64,000 nucleotides of DNA from a virus: positions 74,068 through 138,067 of IMG/VR virus record IMGVR_UViG_3300045125_000101; one strand, 5' to 3'. The stretch's first letter is position 1; the number at the start of each line of letters is the position of its first letter. Shown in pieces: positions 44,093 to 50,682 of the stretch. Both the position numbers and the translations under genes were made by a program. Under the pieces are notes generated by a model that did no database searches, was not told the DNA's origin, and worked only from the letters and a program-made list of their open reading frames with translations.

Positions 44093-44177
44093 TGTAGAGA
44101 GTGTTTGGTCAAGAGTGCTTATTACGCTACATGAACCCATTGCGATATTCCAATGGCTGTACCCTTTACTCTCTGTA
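44093..44177 (-). ncRNA. Structured RNA motif, copy 2
   Basis: Same junction sequences as 42545-42633 with different but complementary stems. Confidence 0.6.
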
Positions 44178-44320
44178 AATTTTTATTTAAGATACTTTTT
44201 GGCTAATGGCGTTAATTCCATTCCAGCATCTTGCAGTTGTTTGACTGCTTCTTTTCTGGTTCTTATCTTGTTTTTAGTCTACCTTCTAGCGTTGGTAATT
44301 TGATTTTATTTTTCATATAT

Positions 44321-44397
44321 TGGTGGAGGCTGATAGGAGTTGCACTATCTTCTCGCCGTCTTCAGCGGCACGTGAGCACTAGCTTCACCAAACCTCC
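44321..44397 (-). tRNA. trnF: tRNA-Phe(GAA)
   Basis: TGCCG-CTGAAGA-CGGCG, CCA. Confidence 0.82.
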
Positions 44398-44406
44398 GTA
44401 AATTAA

Positions 44407-44569
44407 TCCCGCTCATGAGCTTTACGAGGCTCACTAAATTTGTTACCTGACCAATGTGGCGTTTCGTTCCTCATTGGGCTATTAGCTCACGATAACATTA
44501 CTTAATGAGTGCCCATTGAAACATAAGGCATCTTCAACCTATCCATGAGGTCCGGTTCGTGCTTCGGGA
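44407..44569 (-). ncRNA. Unassigned ~165-nt structured RNA
   Basis: TCCCG/CGGGA ends, TCGTGAGCT/AGCTCATGA, CCAATG/CATTGG; fills the spacer between tRNA-Thr and tRNA-Phe. Confidence 0.45.
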
Positions 44570-44571
44570 AA

Positions 44572-44646
44572 TGGAGCCGTGTAAGGGACATGCACCCTTC
44601 TATATAGTTTACAAGACTATCACATCGCTATCTATGTTTACACGGC
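44572..44646 (-). tRNA. trnT: tRNA-Thr(TGT)
   Basis: ATAGT-CTTGTAA-ACTAT, CCA. Confidence 0.85.
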
Positions 44647-44652
44647 GTAAAT

Positions 44653-44727
44653 TGGTGCCCCATGACGAGAATCGAACTGTCGCATGAACCTTGGCAAGAT
44701 TCCATCCTACCACTAAATGAATGAGGC
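44653..44727 (-). tRNA. trnG: tRNA-Gly(GCC)
   Basis: GAATC-TTGCCAA-GGTTC, CCA. Confidence 0.85.
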
Positions 44728-44732
44728 GAAAT

Positions 44733-44809
44733 TGGAGCCGTGTAGCAGAATCGAACTGCTCTCCATTGTTTTGCAGACAAGTGATCACCAACCAGCTATC
44801 TCACACGGC
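44733..44809 (-). tRNA. trnC: tRNA-Cys(GCA)
   Basis: TTGT-CTGCAAA-ACAA, U73, CCA. Confidence 0.85.
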
Positions 44810-44815
44810 ATTAAA

Positions 44816-44907
44816 TGGTGGACCGTATAGGAATCAAACCTATCGCCATTCCTCTATACACAATTTTCAATCATTGTTGCGAATGTTTACATCAGCTAAT
44901 ACGACCC
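44816..44907 (-). ncRNA. tRNA-like RNA with Ala identity (G3:U70, A73) and no D stem
   Basis: GGGTCGT/ACGGTCC-A-CCA; T arm ATAGG-TTTGATT-CCTAT. Confidence 0.6.
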
Positions 44908-44912
44908 AAAAA

Positions 44913-44999
44913 TGGTGGTGCCGATTGGACTCGAACCAATGTAGACCGTTAGGTCAGGAGATTTACAGTCTCCCGCGATTGCCGCTACGCGACGACACC
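44913..44999 (-). tRNA. trnY: tRNA-Tyr(GTA), second copy
   Basis: GGAGA-CTGTAAA-TCTCC, CCA. Confidence 0.92.
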
Positions 45000-45004
45000 G
45001 AAAT

Positions 45005-45080
45005 TGGTGCGGTAGACAGGGTTCGAACCTGCGACAACCAGCTTGGAAGGATGGCGCTCTACCAACTGAGCTACTACCGC
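45005..45080 (-). tRNA. trnG: tRNA-Gly(TCC)
   Basis: Loop CTTCCAA, canonical D and T arms, CCA. Confidence 0.93.
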
Positions 45081-45087
45081 AAAAATG

Positions 45088-45750
45088 TTAGTATTTACTT
45101 TTTATACGCTTGGTCGATTTACGTGGCTTTTTCTTTACCACGCATTCGTCCTTACACCTGAATAATGCCACACCCAGTATAATTGTCAAGGCCGCAGTGA
45201 AATATACTACTTTTTCATATGCTGCTAATTCATCCAACGCTATTTTTCTTGATTGTTCAGCAGCGTGAAACTTATTATCTAAAACTTTGTTTATAATTTC
45301 TGTCATAGGATCTATTACCCTATATAGTTCGCCGTTATATAACTGAGCGTGTATTTCTTTTACATCTCCTCGCACACTTAGTATTTGAACTTTCTTTATA
45401 TATTCTGCTACTTTTTGTGCACGAATAAATAATTCTTTATCATCTAAAGTTTCTACACCATTTACTGTTTTCTTATATGCTTCAACCAATGAATGCTGAG
45501 TTTGTAAAGTTTTTGATAATGTATTTCTAAACTGGTCTATTGTAATAAGGTCGTGAGATACTTTGACTTGGCTATCTACAAGTGTAAGACCATATGAATC
45601 AAACAATGGGCTAAGTGTATTTGTTACAACTTCAAACTCTTTATATGAATGGTCAACCTTTGAACGCAACATAGAACTTGTATATAGTCCTTTAGATACA
45701 AAGATAGACACAATAAACAACATTACGATAATGGCGTGTTTTGATTTCAT
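45088..45750 (-). CDS. Two-TM membrane protein with helical periplasmic domain
   Basis: N- and C-terminal TM segments flanking a ~150-aa helical region. Confidence 0.6.
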   Translation of the reverse strand: MKSKHAIIVMLFIVSIFVSKGLYTSSMLRSKVDHSYKEFEVVTNTLSPLFDSYGLTLVDSQVKVSHDLITIDQFRNTLSKTLQTQHSLVEAYKKTVNGVETLDDKELFIRAQKVAEYIKKVQILSVRGDVKEIHAQLYNGELYRVIDPMTEIINKVLDNKFHAAEQSRKIALDELAAYEKVVYFTAALTIILGVALFRCKDECVVKKKPRKSTKRIKSKY

Positions 45751-46066
45751 CTTTTTTAATAAACTTTTCTGGGTTTTTAGATACTTGCTTGGCTAATCTT
45801 GCCAATCCTTGTAGCAATTCTGGTGATATTACACCAACTACACCATATATTATTGCTTTGGTAAGGCTAGATATATCTGTTTGCTCTAGCATAAACCAAG
45901 CTATGATAGAGCATATAGAAGCAGCAAGTATCTTTTTGAATTGCTCAACCCACGGCATTTTGCTTGCGTCTGTGAGCAATCTAGCAACCATACCAGCAGC
46001 ACCTACAAGTGCTACTAGCCAACCGCCAGTTAAAAATTCTTTTATAAGGTCTTTGTCATCTGCCAT
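45730..46066 (-). CDS. Holin-like membrane protein
   Basis: Three short TM helices (GGWLVALVGAAGMVARLL...IIYGVVGVISPE) and a basic tail. Confidence 0.6.
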
Positions 46067-46129
46067 ATATTCGTATATCTATAGATATAATATATATACT
46101 AAAAAACTATATAAAAATATTTTACAATT

Positions 46130-46420
46130 AGCAAATACGTAATACTACGCATTTCCCATTCCGAACCGCGTGGAGGTTTGTAAAAACTCGGAACACAACA
46201 AAAGAATATAACTCAACGGGGTTGATTACCCATCTTATTGTTATACTCTTTTATTTATAAGAACAATATATTCACTTCGGCCTCACAACAAGTTATCCCT
46301 AACACTATCCTGTCCTTAACTTGTTGGTATTGATTCCCACAAAACGGTCCTCTCTATTATGAGTCCGGTGGCTATTTTAACGCTTATAGGTGCGCTTTTA
46401 CCTATCTAACCTAACGAAAT
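46130..46420 (-). ncRNA. Unassigned multi-hairpin RNA or leader (~290 nt)
   Basis: 10-bp and 13-bp helices; directly downstream of a promoter and boxA-like motif. Confidence 0.45.
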
Positions 46421-46429
46421 TGATTTTTT

Positions 46430-46483
46430 ATAAAGAACTATAACTAACTTTGCTTACTCTACACACTTTTTATACTTTGTCAA
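46430..46483 (-). promoter_or_regulatory. Sigma70-type promoter plus boxA-like motif
   Basis: TTGACA-N16-TAGAGT then GTTCTTTA. Confidence 0.65.
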
Positions 46484-46507
46484 ACACTATTTTCATTTTC
46501 TCCAAAT

Positions 46508-46539
46508 AAAAACCCCACCTTTTTACGGGTGGGGCTTTT
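46508..46539 (-). terminator. Intrinsic terminator
   Basis: GCCCCACC-CGTAAAAA-GGTGGGG-TTTT. Confidence 0.75.
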
Positions 46540-46717
46540 AGGTTGGAAATTTTACTTTCTCCTTTTAAGCCACACCCTCCTTTGTATCGCCTTCAACGGC
46601 TTCAATGGATGGTTGTGCAATAAAGCAGCGAACCCACTTTGAGCTTAGATTGCTATACTGGTTATGTGATGTGCTATTCATTTGTTGAATATAAATATAA
46701 CTATGGCGGCAAAATAA

Positions 46718-46936
46718 TCAAATGTCAATAACTTTTTCGCTATTATACAATCTCCTGAACTTCTCAGTAATCTCGTATGGATAGTAAAACATTGTATAAC
46801 CATCATCAAACTTGACGGAATCAAAGTTTATGCCTTTTACTGTAACGGTTTTTGAAATAAAAGTGGCCATTTTTCCTGTAGGAATATGCACCAATCGTTC
46901 ATTATCATTGTAATGATATTCAATGTAGTTTTTCAT
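46718..46936 (-). CDS. Hypothetical protein
   Basis: 72-aa ORF in operon. Confidence 0.5.
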   Translation of the reverse strand: MKNYIEYHYNDNERLVHIPTGKMATFISKTVTVKGINFDSVKFDDGYTMFYYPYEITEKFRRLYNSEKVIDI

Positions 46937-46940
46937 TTTT

Positions 46941-47198
46941 TTATTTTTCTGGTTCTAACATCTCTTTTATCTTTTCGGCGTTGATAGGAACGTCTGGGAA
47001 CTTTCCTAACGCCATAAAATAATATGCTGCCAACAATCCTTCATAATGTCCTTGCCACCATTCTTCACTTTTTCCTTCACGATTTTCGTATGGTTGTAGT
47101 TTTTGTTTAGCATCTGCCAGCATTTCTTGAACAAGAATATCTGTGGCAAAATAGCCACGGATTCTTTTCTTGTATTGTTCTAGTTCGTCGTTGCTCAT
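46941..47198 (-). CDS. Hypothetical protein
   Basis: 85-aa ORF in operon. Confidence 0.5.
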   Translation of the reverse strand: MSNDELEQYKKRIRGYFATDILVQEMLADAKQKLQPYENREGKSEEWWQGHYEGLLAAYYFMALGKFPDVPINAEKIKEMLEPEK

Positions 47199-47229
47199 TC
47201 TTTATGAATACACTTTCCATTTTTCTTTG

Positions 47230-48104
47230 TCAACTACATTCCATTCCATCGAGCCGTCGTATGATTGCTATTCTTGAACATTTCACTCCCATACTATTTG
47301 CTACTCTCGTAGATTCAGACACATTTTTTGATATAAGATATACATTTATAATTTGGTTCTTGATATGGTCCAACTCGACATAGCACCCGTTTTCTTTGCC
47401 CCGCTTGACACTCTTTGTTCGTATAACTTGTTTTGTTTTTTCCGAGTGCTTCATCCCAAAGAATGGGTTATTTTTTCCCATGTTAAGTTTGGATAAACTA
47501 TCTCTGGTTTCCGGTGAGTGTAATCTACCAATAGCCTTATTTCTAATTTTTTCTTTGGTCTCTGTGGTTTGGCTTTTTCCGAACATTCCATTCTTTTCTC
47601 CAGATTTAGATTTGGACATTTTCTTTCTATATTCTTTCGTTGGAATCCATCCAGATTGTCCCTCGCCGCCATCGGTCAAATTTGTCAATATTCCAGTGCC
47701 AATATCTCGTCTTCCATATTTTCTAATATATTCTGTTTCTTTTGCTAAAGCCACACTTTCGTTAATATTTGCTTCCAACCTTTCAACTAAAATCGTTTTC
47801 TCGGAATCTATAATGCTTTTTATTTTATAATATAGATGCTTGTTTCCGTGTGGAACATTTCCTCTTTTTGTTTTCTTTTATATGCGAGATGTCTCTATTT
47901 CCTTTGCCTTTACCAATATAAAAGAGGCAAATGTGTATCGAGGTCAATCAACGCATAAACATAAAACTCATTCTTTGTTTTTATAATATCTTCGCATTGA
48001 CTCTTTATTGAGTCGTTTTTTGTTTCTGTAATAGTATTCTCGTTTCCATCGTTTTTCGGCTTCATTTTTTCCTCTTGAGTTATATATTTTTTCTTTCTCC
48101 CCAT
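47230..48104 (-). CDS. GIY-YIG/NUMOD3 homing endonuclease with an MGRKK basic leader ORF or domain (frameshifted)
   Basis: FYVYALID..YIGKGK, ILTNLTDGGEG, repeated HS.ETK.K.S / NPFFG.KHS. Confidence 0.8.
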
Positions 48105-48151
48105 AATATGACCTTTACTATAAATATATAACTCTAAGAAAAAAACTCTAA

Positions 48152-48890
48152 TTATTCTTTATACTTTTCAATATATTTATTTGATATAACTTTGAACGAA
48201 AGTCGCCCTTTCAAGGTTTCACTGTATGTTTCCTCCATAGGTCTCCATACTATCCCCTCGGCAGGTGTACCATTATCATAATTCAGTTCGTTGGATAATT
48301 CCAATAAACGAGCAAGTGTGGTTGTTCCTCCAGAACCAAAGTCATTATGACCGACTGCGGGAACCATATTCAATCCGTGTTTTTTACAAAAATCTCTGAG
48401 ATTTGTATGACCTAGGTATTTCCCAGTATCAATATCAAACAAGTTGAACAAGTATAATTTTGCTTCGGATAAACCAAGACGGTTTCCCTGTATTGATGGA
48501 CCTACAATTTCGCCTTGAATACAAAGATTGCGAGGTTCGCTGCGAAGGATTTCTTCAATCTTCAACTTACGAGCCATTTTCCAATGAGCATTGTCATCTG
48601 TTTCCTTCAAATCAAGATTACGCGAACATACACCAAAATCAGCATCACGGCGATATGCTGTAAAACTTGTGCCATCCATCTTCAATGTGCCAATAAGCAC
48701 CAAGACCTTTATTGATTGCTTCAAGCAGAACATTTGGTTCAGATTGTAGTCTAGGTTCATCAGTTTTATGTAAGAATGCTGGGAAATTGCCCTTGACCAT
48801 TCCAGACAGATGTGTAGGAACAATTGGCTCATACTTCTTTATGTTTAATATGGATGTCAAATCGGTGCCGATATCTAGTAAAATTTTCAT
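48152..48890 (-). CDS. RNA ligase (Rnl2/DRB0094-like), C-terminal nucleotidyltransferase part
   Basis: KYEP, FPAFLHKTDEPR, KMDGTS (motif I), VCSRN, IQGEIVGPSIQGN, EGIV, SFKVISN. Confidence 0.9.
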
Positions 48891-49852
48891 ATTGTAAATT
48901 TGCCGAACTTCCTTGTTAAGAATAAATTGTCGGAGTCTTCATAACATTTTTTATAAAAATTATAGACTGACGATTGGTTCATTATTTTTAAGTTTGAGGT
49001 GTTTTTGTTTTTGTACTTGTACACTTTACCAAACACCTGCTCGGAGTCAAGGAACTTGTTCAACCCTGCTATAAAATCATGTGAACCAACAAAATCCACA
49101 ATATTTCTATTTCCACTCTTGATATAGACACAACCATCCCCATCAAAGTAACCACGGACAAAATGCCACATGTACTTGGCCGGAACCTGTGCGGTGGTAG
49201 GAAACTGTAGCACCAGCGATTTTTGGGGACCACCCCCAATGAAGATAATTGCTTGGACAATTCTCTACTACTTACCACGAACCCGACGGAATTTGAATGA
49301 TTTTTATTTTTGCTTTTTTAACAATCATTTTGTACTTACCTACATGAATTCTTTTGGCAAACTCGCTTAAAATATAAGAATCATCTTCCGATAAGAAGAC
49401 GCACATTCCCCGTCGAAGATTACAACCATCCGAATACATTAACCCAAGAAAATATGCTTTATCGAAAGAATCAATTTGTTTAAAGTATTCAAAATTTACA
49501 TGATACTTTCTTTGTTCGTAGTTGTGCTCCCTTAGAGTTACACCGTTATTTTTAATAGCAACCTGACAACGAATTCCCGCAAAGAATAGTCATTGGATAG
49601 CAATTTTATGGAACATCCATTATTATATTTATTTACAATTTCAATTTGGACATTGGGACATATCTTATTTATCCATTTATTCGCCGTGGTTTGATGCTTT
49701 CCGACAGGAACTCCTGCTTTTTTTAGTATCCTAGATATTGTAATTCTCTCCACGCCGTAAATCTTGGCAATTGCGGTGGTCGAATTAGTTTTATATAACT
49801 TTATTATGTTATTATATTCCGATTGGTGGATTTTTTGATATTTTGGTTTCAT
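48887..49852 (-). mobile_element. Free-standing LAGLIDADG homing endonuclease (frameshifted)
   Basis: YFKQIDSFDKAYFLGLMYSDGC and HFVRGYFDGDGC; N-terminal HTH repeats. Confidence 0.85.
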
Positions 49853-49897
49853 ATTAATAAATATCATCAATACACTCAAAAGTTCAATATTTTTTAC

Positions 49898-50257
49898 TTA
49901 AAGATTGTCTGTAACATTTACATATTGTTTTCCATCTTGACCAATCTCGATTGTGCCATATTGGTTTAATATAGACAAAGGAAGCGCGAGTCCCTGACTC
50001 AATACCCCCTTAAATCTTCGCGTTTTTATTCGCATCGGCTTGTCTTTTTCACCTTCTTTACGTAGATGGTCATTCCAAGACGCAATGGGAAGCACGGAAT
50101 CTATTTCAAAGAAAACGCACAGGTCATTTACAGAAAATTCTGTTTTCAATGCCACACATTCCCACCCAAGAACTTTTACGCAAACAATCTTATCCGCTCC
50201 TTCAATTGGGCGTATCTCCGATATTTTCTGGATTGATGCCAGTTTTCTTTCACTCAT
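49898..50257 (-). CDS. RNA ligase (DRB0094-like), N-terminal OB-fold part
   Basis: MSERKLASIQKI..IRPIEGADKI...FFEIDSVLP...GVLSQGL. Confidence 0.88.
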   Translation of the reverse strand: MSERKLASIQKISEIRPIEGADKIVCVKVLGWECVALKTEFSVNDLCVFFEIDSVLPIASWNDHLRKEGEKDKPMRIKTRRFKGVLSQGLALPLSILNQYGTIEIGQDGKQYVNVTDNL

Positions 50258-50615
50258 TTGTATATGCCTTTCGCACAAGCTCCCACGCTTCACGGTCACA
50301 ATCGTGACCAAGTGGAGTATAGATTTTGTATCTTTCTTCTTCCTTGGCCGCTTTGCGAAGAGCACGAGCTTCATCATCTCGCTCAAACTCTCTTTCAAGT
50401 TCGCGTTTGATAAGTTCTTGCACTCTTTCATCCAAATGCGGCCAAGCATTTGCCAAATCTCTTGCAAAGCAACAAGTTGCAATAGTCATACGACCAAGAA
50501 AATAACGAAAACTCCAAAACACCAAATCCGACGGAGTGTCAGAAAAGCTGTTGATAAGAAACTTGTCTTTCTTAGAAATGCGGTCAGATTTGCCAATTTT
50601 CATAATATCTACCAT
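50250..50615 (-). CDS. Hypothetical protein
   Basis: SFRYFLGRMT...LGHDCDREAW. Confidence 0.55.
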   Translation of the reverse strand: MVDIMKIGKSDRISKKDKFLINSFSDTPSDLVFWSFRYFLGRMTIATCCFARDLANAWPHLDERVQELIKRELEREFERDDEARALRKAAKEEERYKIYTPLGHDCDREAWELVRKAYTNE

Positions 50616-50682
50616 ACACTATAATAACCTTTTGTCAATATCTTTTTATTGGTTGGTATATATTTATTATAACGAACTACTT

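Noticed and set aside
43799-45161. ORFs such as 43799-44134 and 44721-45161, and other + strand ORFs opposite real genes
   Set aside because: They are antisense shadows of tRNAs or of motif-supported - strand genes.
39538-46420. RNase P RNA among the unassigned RNAs
   Set aside because: The conserved GAGGAAAGTCC and terminal CGGCTTA-type motifs were not found.
48887-49897. Group I intron or intein in the RNA ligase
   Set aside because: Only ~45 AT-rich nt flank the endonuclease on one side and none on the other. No intein terminal motifs are seen, and both ligase halves have their own start and stop.
18922-50668. T4-type TATAAATA late promoters
   Set aside because: The word lies on the non-coding strand relative to the adjacent genes; the sense-strand motif is ATATTTAT.
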